Assembly: GCA_036172245.1 (NCBI GenBank)
Contig: JAYWIR010000013.1
Span: forward strand, 372,001-436,000
Direction: 5' to 3'
Source: Raillietiella orientalis
Lineage: Eukaryota
Length of the DNA stretch: 64,000 nt
This document shows, piece by piece, positions 25,456 through 38,399 of the stretch. Both the position numbers and the translations under genes were made by a program. The notes beneath the pieces are model-generated. The model was given only the letters and a program-made list of their open reading frames with translations, did not search any database and was not told the DNA's origin. The first letter of the stretch is position 1, and the number at the start of each line of letters is the position of its first letter.

Positions 25456-28249
25456 CTCGGGCTAGCTGCAGAGGGGAAGGGATGAGGGGAAGGGTTGGAC
25501 CTTGAGAGTGACGGCAGAGGCGCCCTTCTAAGAGCTGGGCGTCAGCATGGCAACGGTTCTGAGTCTGTTGCGCTTCTCCGTGGAGACCAGCCCCTCGATG
25601 CTTGCGCTCCGCCCGCGAAACGTCGTGCAAGGAGCGCTCATGACGTCTTGCGCTGCCCCGGAGGGTCGTGAGACTCTACCCAAGGCCCGCTCAAGGGAAC
25701 GCAAGGATAACAGGGAGAAGGGGACACAATCTTGGAGGCGTCACGAGCAGCGATCCTCCCAGGGCGGCGGAGCCTTCCGTCCTGTGGGCTGGGAAGAACC
25801 TGCGAAGCACCCCGCATCCGAGCGGAGTTGGCCACTCGCTCGTGAGGAGCCCTTCCCATCCTCTCTAGGCGCCATGCAGGGGTTCACCGACGATAAGCGG
25901 AGAAGGGAAGAAGAAGGCGCGTGGCCTCCCGGGAGCTCCCATTCCAAGCTCGGGCGGCGGCTCTGTTGCCTTGGCAATGGTTTTGCCACCCGTGACAGGA
26001 GCAGCTCGGAATCGTGCACGCGCACCCGCAGAGCTGCCGGGCTCCCTGCAGAGCCCGGAAACCGTGAGCCACAGCCGCTTTCGAGTCCTCCTCCGGAGAG
26101 TGTCCGTGCCCGCGTCTGCGGACAAGGAGGATCGCTCCCGACGCCTTCCCTGCAGTTGGCACGCCGAAGAGCACGAACCGCGAAGCCGCTCCTCTCCCCA
26201 GCCTTCAGGAGCGCTGGCGACGGAAATACGACGTTGGCCCCACCTTTCCCTCTTCCTCCTCCATTCCTCTTCCCAGTTTGCCATAGTCCTGGGGAACGCG
26301 GGCAGGCGTCTTGCCGATCCTGCGCGATCCGAGGGAGATCGGCAGGGCAGGGGGGTCTAAGCTGGAACGGGGGAGGAAGACTGCAGCAGCAGGGACCCCA
26401 TGGGAAGAAGGAGATCCGGACGATTCGGTCCCAATGCGGCAGCAGCACCAGCGTAGGCTACCCCAGCTTCCACGGAGAAATCCACGGGAGCCTCACAGTA
26501 ACCCGCACCTGCGAACAGTCCGCAACCCTGCCGCAGAGGATGAACGCGGCGCTGCTGCCGCCGTGTCGAGGAGGAGGCGAGCGGGCGGCAAGGCATCGGC
26601 GGCGGCCTCCCCTTACCGACCCGGATTTCCGGGAGAGCTTCTACTCCCTGCTCCCGGAAGGTGAGGAACCATGAATCTTGGAACCCTTGGAACCGCCCTG
26701 CCGGAGTCTATGAAGCGTGGGTCCTCCCGGTCCATAATGCTCACGCAGCAGATCTTTTGTGCAGACGCAGTCCGGCGCTGCTGAGGTTCTAAACTACCTC
26801 TCCTATCCCTGCTGGAGGAACTGAAGTTCAAGGGCTTAAATCGACGATCTTTCACCCTCTGTCCCCCACTCATAGCAACGGGCGTTTGCATCTTTCGGAG
26901 CAAAGGACCAGGACAAACGCAGCAGCAACCGCTCGGTTCCACGGTTTCCTCCACGGAGACAATTTCGGAGATGCTGCACATCGAGTCCTCCTTAAGGGCT
27001 CCAGCAGATGGCAGAAGATGCACAGCGCACTATGCGACCATCGTTTGCGCGGGGGGGGGGGATGAATAGGTCGGAGATGCAGTAGGAGGGACTGGTTCTT
27101 GAGGATATGTGTGTCGCAGGGAGTCGATGTGGAGGCGATTCGATCCCACGGGACGCAAGCAGGGCTGCCAACAAACGTGCCCACTTGTCCTTCGGCTGCT
27201 GAGGATTCTGAGGGCTCCAACACTGACTCTGCCAGGAAGGCCAGGAAGGTCGGCACGCGCAGGAAGTGCAGGAGACCTCACGGGAAAAGCGGGCCACCCC
27301 AAGGATGCCTCTGGAGGTGACGAGAAGGTGGTCAGCTGAACGGTCTGCTACCAAGGAGTACATGGCTGCGTGCAGGTCGTGGTCGAGGAGGAACCTGTAG
27401 ACCCCCCTGGCGGGGCACGCAACAGGAGGTCGTGGTCCGGCGCGGCCGGGAAATCCGAACACAGGTCTACCACAAAGCCGAAGGGAGGCTAGGGAGGAGG
27501 GGTGCGCGAACCGCGGCAACCCCATCAGCTGGACCTCGTCCGCGTTCGCCTTGCTCAGACCGCAGGAGGGAGGGTCCTGGGGAAATCTGGTTCCCCGAGG
27601 TCGGGCCGGACACTGAGCACTGAACGTCACAGGGCAGGAAGAGCAGCGGGAAGATCCGCGGACGGAGGTGCAACAAGTCCTCTCTCACCTCTCGCGCTCT
27701 CTTCTGGATAAAAGAAAGACGAGACTGGAAGCCGTCATTTTCGCTCCGGTACCCTCCCGCGATCCAGCCCAGTGCCTCTGGAGCTGCCGCGACCGTAATT
27801 CTGGGGGAGCCGGGAAGCGATCACTGACCTCTGTCGGGATTTGAGGTCGGACCGGCCATCAAAGTGCACCGGGAAGGAGGAAAGGCAAAGAAAGGTCGGC
27901 GGAAAAACGCCGGTGACCGCGAGAGCGACGACGTACCTCGTGCGCGGCGCTCCGTGCTCTTCAGGAGGCGCGCGGAAGGGGATGGAAAGGGATCGACTAT
28001 GGGGAGAGGGGGAGCGTGTCGCATCGCGCGAGCTTGTCTTAGAAGCCACTGACTCGCAGGAAGCGCTGCGATCCGCCTCGCCTTTCTGGTCAGCACCTCG
28101 CGGTGCACAGGGCGGCTACCTGCCCACCACGGGGAGCTTCGCTCATGCCGCGGAGCTGCCCAGCTTCCGGCGCAAGAGCGTCTTCGGGGAGGGCTGGGAC
28201 GACGCTAAATGAAAGAGAGGGGGACGTCGTGGCGGAAGTCTTTATTCTA

Positions 28250-29414
28250 TTAATAGGAGATAGCCATGAAACTCCATTTCCCTTGGAGCTCCGTCCCATT
28301 CGAAAACAAGAACATCCTTATCGGCTCCCCTTTGTGGATGTCCTGCATGATGTCTCGTGCTTCTATCTTCGAGGGCCCCTCGAAGGTCTTGGGGGTGTAG
28401 GGGATGGGCATGCCCACAGGGTACATGCTGATGAGCATCTTCTCACCAACCATCAGCTCTACTTCTATTATGGTTGCTACATTGAGGTTGTGCGGACTCT
28501 GTGGGAACGAACGGCTTATGGACTGCAGCGCGTGGGTCAGGTGGGGCTCACCAGAAGGCGGTACTCGATGAACCTGGGAACTCCCTCGTTTCCTGAAGTT
28601 AAGAAAGTAGGCTTGGGTACTGCCGTCCAGGTGGCAGGGACTGTCATCCCGGAATGCTTCCGTGTTACATCCATGGTCAAGTGGAGGTCGGCCTTGGACA
28701 TGGTGAAGAGCAGCGGAGGGATCAGCGCCAGCTTGCCACTGAAGCCTCTCTGCAAGCTGGAAAAAACCGGAGGTGATATTCCCTTTTCTCCCTCCTATCC
28801 CTCTTCTGGGTCCCGTCCCTGGACCGGGAGGAGGCACGGCGGGAGAGCTACTCACGTTTGAGTGTGGTAGGCGTCGTTGACTTCGAAGGAGCCGGATCTG
28901 AAGGAGCTGACCGTGGCGACAATGTGGCCGACCTCTGTGTCTCGATACTGCCCGAGCTGACCGCAATGGAGACGTGAGAGGGAGATGCGCGGGCCTCCTG
29001 CCCCCGTTCCCTACCTTGGATCTCAGCAGGCAGTCTTCATCCTGCACTCTGACCGAGTACCTGCCGTCTTTCCTTGAAGGAGGCTGCTCCAGCCTGCTGC
29101 AGGACGTGGTCATTGTCGGCTTTGAATTCCTGAGGGCGGTTTCGACGGAGGATGGCAGCTTGGGAATGGCGCTGGGCGCCGCCAAGACCTCGAGGACGGC
29201 GGAGAGTATTGGAGAGGGCAAGTCAACGCTACACCCCTCGAGTGTTTAGGAACGCGCTTCTCCCTCCCCTGACCCTCCTCGGAATCGTCATCCCTCCCCC
29301 CTTTCCTGTCCCTCCCGGGAGCGCGCCGCGTAGACACACCGGGACCGTTACCTCCAGGAGGCAAGCGAAGGCTGCCAAGAAGCGGAGAAGCGGAGTCGGC
29401 GGCATCGTCGCCAT
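28250..29414 (-). CDS. Predicted 5-exon secreted protein of unknown function (263 aa)
   Basis: Exons 29414-29352, 29188-29015, 28956-28856, 28756-28552 and 28498-28250 join into one stop-free frame. Donors GTAACG/GTAGGG/GTGAGT/GTGAGC; signal-peptide-like N-terminus; TATAAA at 29479-29474; AATAAA at 28246-28241. The first acceptor is an atypical GAG. Confidence 0.62.
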
Positions 29415-29473
29415 CGTCGCGCAGGAGAGGAGAAGCCGCTTCGGAGGACTGCGCACTCCGGTGGGCAGACACA

Positions 29474-29479
29474 TTTATA
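29474..29479 (-). promoter_or_regulatory. TATA box about 29 nt upstream of an Inr-like GCAGTC
   Basis: TATAAA with Inr-like A at 29450, upstream of ATG 29414. Confidence 0.5.
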
Positions 29480-29829
29480 CATCCCGCCGCCCCTCTGCGA
29501 TCCACCCCCGCCTTCTCCTCTGGAACCAGAGCGAAGCCCGGCTTCATTAGGAGGAGGGGGGAAGGAAAAGGAGGCACATGTGTCTCGAGCTCGTTATATC
29601 GAGAAGCGAGCGCGCCCGACATTGCCAAGGTCACCATCGGAGGCGCACTCTTTCTCACACTTTCCTCCTTCCTCCTCTTCTTTTTCTTCCTCTTATTTTT
29701 CTCCCTTTTCTTCTTTTTTCTCACCTCCTTTTTGTCCACTCGCTTCACTAGCATCCTTCGAGGATACCTATCCCCATTCGGCTCGCCACTTCGAGCCTTT
29801 TTTTTGCTTTTTCTTTATCTGCTACTGTC

Positions 29830-29938
29830 GGGACCGTTACCTCCAGGAGGCAAGAGAAGATTACCAAGAAGCGGAGGAGGAGCAGACTCGGAGGCATCGT
29901 CGCGCAGGAGAGGAGGAGCCGCTTCGGAAGACTGCGCT
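29830..29938 (-). repeat. Paralogous copy of the 5'UTR + signal-peptide exon + donor
   Basis: Homologous to 29340-29455; encodes MPPSLLLLRFLVIFSCLLE|GTAACG (29897-29841). Confidence 0.7.
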
Positions 29939-32900
29939 GTATCTTGATGCTGCTGCTCCGCTCACTGAAGAAATCCTGAGACTTCTTCGCCTCGCGCTAA
30001 GGGGAGCACGAGAAAAATTCCGAAAGGCAGCTCAGGGTCCCACCAGAATGCCGAAGGAAAGGTCGAGAGACTTCTAGAGGGATGGGGAGGGGCATCTGGA
30101 TGATGACGCGCAGTCTGTCTCGAGAATTCCTCCGCGGCAAGGCGATGGTGGATGCAGCCGCTACGGAAGAAGACGCATCCCTCGCAGCAGCCCTGGGAGC
30201 TGCTGCCCTCCGCCGCGAGGGCCAAAGACATCCGAACGATTTGCAGAAGGCCTTGAGGGAGTCACAATTCCTCCCACTGGCTGCTTCCGATTCCGCCTCC
30301 CGAAGAATCGCTCGTCATCTGCTGAGGGGTGCTAATTCGAAAGAGGTCCCAAGATCTTCTCAGGGAGGGAAGAGGAACATTGATGCCGGCAGGGGATGCC
30401 GGCAGAAGTGCGCAGGACGCGGCCGGAAGCCGCCGTGTGGAGCCTTCTCTCTTCAGGGATGCCTGGCCAACCGAAAGCTCCTGGGAGGAGGGGAGTCGAC
30501 CACGGAGAATTGAGACCACCTCTGAACGGGAATTGGCGCTGCTCGGGGATCCTTGAAGGCAGAAGGAGCGTCGCGAGGCACCTTGGCGCGCGCCCGAAGT
30601 GTGGGTCGCGACGCACAGGGAATCCGTTCTCTCCCTCTCCTCCAGCCCTGATTTTTTCCCTGGTTTCCTCGTTCGGGGAGCAATTTCCGGGAAGGGGAGA
30701 AAGGACGTCAGCGACCCGTACGTTTCCTACGAGAGACCACAGGAGAGAGGGTTTGTAGAGGGATGCCAGAGGGCATTCGGGTTACCAAAGGAGGAGGAGG
30801 AGAAGGGTGCCATCCCCTCCGTTCCACTTGCTTCGCACCTCCCGTCCTCTCTCGAAATAGCAAGGGCACGGGGAATATCGTCAGGAAGAGAGGGGAACGA
30901 CCAGTAGAGCCCGGAGGGGAGGGAATGGGAATCGGAACGGGAGAGAGGCAAGGGATGGGCCCTCCAGATCCTTCGGAGGCTTCCGGGAAAAGAACGCGGC
31001 CGTCGTCCGGGTGTCAGGCGCGTTTCCGGGAACGGACGCGAAGAGAAAAGAAAAAAAAAATCTTCCCGCGGTGCGGCGGAGCTCCCTGATGAGGAGACTG
31101 CCTCAAAAACACGCTGATGAGGATCCAGGCGCTCTCGAAAACACCACACCGCATTTGCACGCCCTCGCACGACCCGGTCGTGGCGGGCAACCTCCTTCCT
31201 TCCTCAGAGACACTTGCTGGAGAGGGGCGGCGGCTCGTTAGCGCGCGTTGCAGTTGTTTCTCCTGTAGCAGCCCCTGCGGCAGTGGATGGGGAAGCCAAG
31301 GGTGCGCGTCCTTCCCGCTACAGCTCTCCACGCATCTCCCGCCTCCGCCTCTTCAAGAGGGTCCCGCCGGCGGGCACGGGGAACTCGGAAACCAAGGCTG
31401 CGGTGTCCCCCAAGGGCGGTGGTCCGCTTCGGGGCAAACGTCGGGTCAGCTTAGGCATCGTCGGGGTCTTTCAGACAGAAAGGGCGTCCGAGGAGACGGA
31501 GAGACCTATGAGGGGAAGGAGCGACAGCTCCCTTCCCTTTCCCCTATGATCCCACAATCAGCAGCTCAGTGCGATAGGCGCTCTAACCGCATCCGGGAAG
31601 ACTTGGAGGAAACGACGGGCCGCTCCAACGACCAGGTCATGGCGCCTTCGTCCTGGTCAGATAAAAAAAAAAGACAGAGACGCAGAAGGTCGGGCTGCAC
31701 GAGCTGCGTTCGGAAGAGACGCCATGCGCAGAACCAGTTCCGGGCATTTTGGCTCTCTAGGCAAATTCGTATGCTGGCGCTCCCTGCACTTCCTGGCATT
31801 GGATCGCCAAGTTTGAAGAAGCCAAGCGCATCAGCAGCCGCATGCTTCATTGCAGGAAATACGTGGCGTGCACACATAAAACACGTGTGCGCATTTGTAC
31901 CCTCCGGTTTGCAGCCGCGCCAACGTCGAGCGAGCGCACCCGTCTGTCCGCCGGCTTCGTCCTCACGTCTGCGTCGGTGCGATACCAGCGGTCCCTGCGT
32001 CGTCCGCCGCTGGCAGGATTCACCGGACGTCCTCGGAAGGGAGAAAGACGTCCCAAAGTCAAGTAGGAGGAGATGACCGAATTCCATTTTCGAGGTCTTT
32101 TCCACTCCAGTGCACCCGGCGACTTGCGAGGCCGCGCTCGAAAGGTCCGCCGTGCTGGGACCGCAGAGAGCAGCCGAACGGCCGCGGCTATCACCACGGC
32201 GTGCCTCGTGCTCACGCGTCACGCCGAAGGAACCATCCAGACCGGACCGCAGACTCGGCGCGATCCACGAGCTTTTTGACCTCGTGTCCACCACTCCGGG
32301 GCAGCCGTGAAATGGGATGGCAGGTCTCCGTCTCTCTAGACAGCGGTTTCCCTTCCTCCCTCACGGACAGGAGGGAAAACTCGAAGCCACTCACCTGGCG
32401 ACTCTTCTCGTCAGTGTTCACACTTGCGTTTATCCAGCCAATTAAATCTCCAGCGGAATCTACCAGCAACAACTTCCACACTCGGATCACCCCCCCCTCG
32501 ATCGGGATTTTCGCTTTTTCCCTATCCCCCGCTCCCTTTCGAATTGATCTATCGGAGGTTTGCTGACCGAAATGCACAAAGCGTCTAGGAATCAGAGGGG
32601 GGAGGGGGGCCGGGAGAACGAGAAGCAGCGGGTAGCACGACTGGATGCTTCTTCCCCCCTGGAAAGCGAGTTCCCTCCCTCCCAGCGTTCCGAATCGCAG
32701 GCGGTCGCGACCTCCGCCCTCGAGCGGTGGAGCGACGGCCTTCATCCCCAGCGCGGGAAGGAGAGCTCGCGCTTTCTCCCGCGGGTCCTTGAAGGCTCGA
32801 ACGCGGAAGTTCGTTGCGCCGCGCCGCTCCCAGAAGCATCCCACGTTCCTTCCTCGGGGAGGCGGTGGCTGCCCCCTCGCTCCAGGGACAGAGCCAGGGA

Positions 32901-33072
32901 CAGCCCGCGTGCTGCTCGCGTGTTGTGCCTGGACCCGAGCTAGGTGAGGACGGTGCGCGGGGACGAAGTTCGGTGACGGTACGCCTGGCATTCGGGGCAG
33001 GCAGCAAGAGGACGTCCCCTTCCGGAGCGGGAGGAGCCGTTGCCGAGAAACGCCGGCCACCAGAGTGCTCGA

Positions 33073-36000
33073 TTGAAACCCGGTTGCGCCGGGACGTTTA
33101 TTTTTTCAAATGAACTTATCTAAACTGTGACTGGACCAGTAGTCCAGCCACGCCCTAGAAAGTATCAGCTTGTCGGGCTACCGGTGCGCAGACCGGCGCG
33201 GTCAACCTCGGCAGCAGAGGGGAGGGGGAATGAAACAAAAAGAAAACAAAAAAATAAACAAAACTGGAGAGGGAGCGGGAAGGGATCACTGTCTGCTGGG
33301 AGGGTCCGTCATCCTCTGGAGGATGCCGGCAAGCTGTTGCTGAATGGTGGATGTCAGATGGGGCCATCGCGTCGCCATCCTCAGAAAGCGGGCGGCATAC
33401 ACGGTGGTATCCCTGTCGCTGGATCCTCCCGTCACTTTACTCCATGCCAGGACGATCCCGCGTAGGCAGCACAGGGCTGCAAGCGACGCCGCTGGAGGCA
33501 GGGCGTCTCGGACGAAGAGGGGGTGCAAAGCGTCTCTGGGGTTGCCTCCGGGGATACCCAGGGCCGCGGAAAAGCATTCCCACAAGGGACGGAGGGCAAC
33601 ACAATCCACTAACAGGGGGGGGAGGTATTCCCTCTTCCCGCACCTGACACAATTGGGGTTGACATCCCCCCGCGTCCAGTGGTGTCGGCGGGCGTTGCAA
33701 GGGAGGCCCCATTGCAACACCAGGAGTGCCGACTGTTGCCACTTCATGGGGAGGGTGCGCGAGTCCATGAGCACCGAGGCCACTCAAGTAGCTCGCCCCA
33801 GCGCAAGAGTCCGTGTGGGATGGTCCTCGGGGTCGCAGCTCTGGTCAGCTGACCCGTTCTCCAAACCCCGATCTTCTGTACCCTGTCGGCGATCTTGAAG
33901 GTAACCTCCCATTCTTTCACGACGTCGCTGCCCAGATGTTTCCATAGGGTAGACAGTACCGCAGCAAGGGAGGTTCTTTCTGCCCACGCTCTCCTTCGGG
34001 GATCCTCGACGATTTCTCGGAGCGTACGGTGGGCGTGCAGCCCGAACAGAGCTATTCGCTCGTGTTGCGGGCTCTGCTCTCGAGTCATCGCCCACGTGCG
34101 AACGGTTTCCTGCAGCCAGGCAGTACCATTCGCGAGGCGTACGAAGATCGATCCCGTGTTGGTCTTCACGAGTTTGACCGCCCTCCGAAGCCGAATTCCG
34201 CAGTGGCAGATGGGCCTTCGGAGTGCAAAGTAGGACGAGAGTCCCGCATTGCCGGTGGCCTGCTCGACGAGGAGACGTGCAGGGACGCACCAGGGGGTGC
34301 ACCAGTTCTTTGCCATAAAGGCAACTATCCGAAACCGGAGCTGAAGCTCCAGTCGCTCCAGCGTCAGGAGGCAGACCACCATCCCGACGCGGAGCGCACA
34401 AATCCGCAAGACGGACTCGGGGTCTCCCTCTTCCCCAAAGGGCGATCCTTAGGAGGTCCTTCGTCCTTTTTCTTGACTCCGCTGAGGGGGGGAGAACAAA
34501 AAGCAAGGGGCGAAGTAGCGGGGCCGCAAACGCGTTCCAAGCCGCAGCCCGTTCCTGCAGGAAAAACCTGCCGTCCTGGAACGGGCCGATCGCCGCCTGA
34601 GCCTTCTGAAGGCAGCCGGACCACGCTTCCGCAGGGGAATAATCCCCCAACAGCACACCAAGGTATTTGAAGTACCTCACCGTGGGGATCCCCAAACGGA
34701 CCCAGTTCTGATGCCCTGCCCACGCCGCTCCGACTGGCATTACGGACGAGTTCGCCCTTTTCACTGTTAGTCCTGTTCCCCTATTCAGCAGGTCGAAGAA
34801 CTCCTCGACCGCCGAAGCCGGGGTGGACACAGGAAGCAGCAGCAGCAGGTCGTCCGCATATGCCGAAACCGCAGGTGTACCGGGACAATCGCGCGGCAGG
34901 AGCGCCAGAGTCTCCCTGTACGCTCTCAGCACCAATTCGAAATAGGCGCTGAAGAGCAAGGGGATCAGGCTGTCTTCCTGCCATATGCCGCGTCGCACCG
35001 GTACGCCGTGCACGGTCTGCCCGCTAAAAAAGACGTTAATGAGCGCATCGCGCCAGCTGGAGCGCAGGTAGGCCAACAAAGAGGCCGGGAAGCCCAAGCA
35101 TTCCAGAAGCTCCAGCAGGAGATTCTGGTCGACGCTGTCGAATGCTTTACGCAAGTCGACAGCAACCGCAAGGGCCCCCTCCCCCACCCGACCATCCCGT
35201 CTCTCACCGACGGACGCACCGGAATTCCGGTTGCTCAATAAGCCCCTTCCTTGTTGGAGCTCTAACCATGTGGAAGCGTGGAACAGGTTCGCCTCCATGC
35301 TTCGCCCGGGAAGAGCAAATGTCTGTTCCGAGCTGATGAAGGAGTTGGCAACCCGTCCCAGACTCTCTGCCACAGCTTGGCTAGCAACTTGGCGTCCGCA
35401 TTCAATAGTGTGATGGAACGCTCAGATCTCCTCCCTTAGGGAGGAGCCGCACCTTTGCTGAACAAAACGAGGCGGGAACGTGACCTGTCTCGCGAATCAG
35501 CAAGGTGAGCTGATGTACCAGGGGAGTAAGCTCTGCCGAGAAAGTTTGATAAAACTCCGCAGGCAGGCCGTCCTCCCCTAGAGCCTTCCGCCTCTTGAGC
35601 TTTCCGATGGCCGAGATGATCTCGCCCATCGTGAAAGGCTCGTCGAGGCTCCTTTTCTCCTCCTCCCCGGTCGCTGGAGCACCTTCCGGAAGCAGAAGTC
35701 GTGAGACATCCTGCTCCGGAGGCGCCCTCGCGTACAGAAGGGAGTAAAATTTTCGTACAATCCCGCGCTTCTGAGTAGGAGCCGAGTGCTCCCGGCCCTG
35801 GTCGTCTTGCAAGCTGGCCGACCCGGATTGCCAGGTTTGCCTCTCGGCTCTTGCTCGATACTCCGCTAACCTGCGCATGTCGGGGGTTCTCGCGTAACGT
35901 CGGGCCTGAAGATAGCACCTTTCGTTACGCGGCCCCTCCCCAAATCCCACAGGTAGGCGATGCAAAGGGAACTGTTTGCAGGGATGCTGCGCGGGTATGC

Positions 36001-38200
36001 ACTCGTCCCGTCTTCGGGGCAGTAGGTTCGTGATGGGGGGTGCGGGATCCCGGAAATACCTGAGTTGCCGCTCGCGCGCTTCTCCCGTGTGCTGCGTCGA
36101 AAGCGTGCCTCGTTGAGTGAGCGCGTGACTAGGCCTGATGTTCGTAGCGACTGTCATCTTTGTGCCTCCCTCGCGACTGAAATCGTTCCAGCCCATGGTG
36201 GGAGATCTATAGAAAAGCAACGGCAATCCTCGGCAAGATCCTGGCTAACCTTTTTGTTTCTTCTTCTTTTCTTTTGTTTGAGGATCCTTCTGTCCATTGG
36301 GAAATGCGAGCGGCGGATGGCAAGGTCAAGAAAGTTTCAAATGCCCCTGGGGTCGACGTGGTCACGTCAGTGGTGCAGCTTGCCGGTTGCTGCCGAACTG
36401 AAAACCTCTTCCAGGGGAACGGGCGAAAGCAGCCCAAGGGAACCTCAAGTGGGAACGAGGCTCCTAACGGAACGATGAAAAGACAGCTTCGGTCCAGGAA
36501 GCTGGAGGATCGTTCCGAAAGGTCTCCTTCAGGCTGTCGAATTCGCTCCAGACCATAGAAGGCATCAAAGGCGGCCGTGGTTGGCTGTGGTCGCTCCGCG
36601 CCTGGCAACACCAAGCGTTGCGGGTTTGAACCCGCCCGGGGACACCGGAGAAATGAGGGGGTGGAGGGGGGTGCGTCGCGGGTTTCGAATTCCTCCTCCT
36701 GCAAGATGACGCTGATTGATCTACATTCATTCGGGTGCGGCGGCACCGGAAGCTGTTCAAACCGGTTGCCCTCCTCCCCGACGAGTGTCCGGGATCAGAA
36801 GTCGACCCTCCGAGGTCCTTCCAGGAAGCAAGGAGTGGAAATTCTTTCCCCTCTGGTTGTGCAAAGGAGCCGTCCCTCCCCCCTCGTGGATGGACCCTCC
36901 GTCTCGTACCGTGGAGTAGGTGTGGTACCTCTACAGAGTGCAGAGAAGCGTGCCGCTTCCTTCGACCCTTCAGAGAAATCGGGAAGCAACACTTCGGGAT
37001 TCTCTCCAGAAGAGGAGGAAACAGGGAGCGGTTCCCTTGCGGATTCCCTCCGGAAAAGAAATTCCAGGAGCAGATCCTTTCCAGGTTCCCTTCGAAGACA
37101 GCCAAGGCTAGGAGGTTCCCTCCAGGGTTCGCCTACCGAGAGTAAGGGAATGAGAAGAGAGGAATGGACTCCTCCCTCCCCTGGAGCTCTTCCCGGATTC
37201 ATATGATGGTCCTCACCCGGGGTATCTCACCCTCCTAACCTGAAGATATACCCAAGCACCCTCGGGTGGCGTGTACGGTGCCAAAGAGCTTCGCTTGTCC
37301 CCCATAAGGAGGCCAACGGTTCTTCAGTACTTAGCGGACCACCAGAGAGGTTGAGAGAAGCTGCCGTGGATGCAAGAGAAGCGACCTTCATCGAAGGATG
37401 CCCCGGGCATCCACCTACGCTGCTCCTTATGCGTTGGTGGTATGACGCTACCACACCCTGCTGATTCCGGCTTGGAGGAAACTTGTACTCGGAAGGCGAT
37501 CCGAAACGCGGCTTTCGTGTGACCTTCCAGGACATTTACTCTCCTTCGCACGTCGAGGCGGGAACACCGGCTCGCACGAATCAGTCATCGGCAAGGCTAG
37601 CGCGCCGTGGTCTTCCATAGAGGAGGCGTTCTGGAGACCACTTCCTATCAGGAGGAGCTCCTTGCGGACCCGCTGACTAGTGTCAGTCTTCCTTGCCAGC
37701 TGAAGAAACCCTCTCTCCTTCTGGACTCTCGCTCTGCAGGCGCTGCCGAGTTTCCATCTTCAAGAGGAGAGGAAACCAAGAAAACGTCCAGAGAGAGAAG
37801 AAGAATTTCCGGAATGTCTTTTTTTACTCATCCGCGCCAGCGACTCGGCCTCCCATCCTCACGACCAAGAACATCCAAGTGGCGTGGGTCGGCAGCTCAT
37901 CCCTGGCTGCCCCTGAAGCCAAGCGCCGAGCGCTTCTTCCTTCTACGCATCGCGGCCCCCGCGAACGGGAATCTCGTAGCCTCGAGAATGGACCTTCTCC
38001 GCAGTCGGCCCACGAAGAAGAGTTCTGGAAGCCTGCCCGGCATCCTTCCCGCTGCCAGTGTTCTGAAGGGCTCGGGATCCAGACCGTTTCCCATGCGTCG
38101 AGAATGGGCGCGGAGGCTCTCACTGGGCAGTGGCGCCCTCTCACGAGGCACTGCGAGGGACGCTCACAAATATGACTGATGAATCAGCTGCACCCAGGGT
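33073..38200 (-). mobile_element. Tx1/L1-clade retrotransposon, longest copy (F); 5' boundary uncertain
   Basis: LDEPFTMGEII..KALGEDGLPAEFY..LLPKGGD (35402-35700); RT with AVDLRKAFD, AYADDL, KYLGV (34500-35373); CVRCGKREYLPPLLVDC; family 3' UTR at 33073-33295. Upstream low-complexity ORF1-like sequence is shared with 39800-40850. Confidence 0.88.
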
Positions 38201-38399
38201 CACGGGCAAAGGCGTGTTCCATTCGCTTCTCCCGGTTCCGCATGGTGGTGGATGAGACGGCCATATCATATAATATGTATGCGGATAAATATGTAAAGAA
38301 GTACGAACGAATTTGTACATAATAGGTACGTGTATTTATTTTTCATGATCTTTATAATATACATTAATGTACACTATGAGCATGTGTATTTTTCACGAT

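Noticed and set aside
28552..28956. Resemblance of the hidden protein to 30K viral movement proteins or bornavirus matrix protein
   Set aside because: Only a generic beta-strand pattern. The signal peptide, TATA box and four introns fit a cellular-type secreted gene better.
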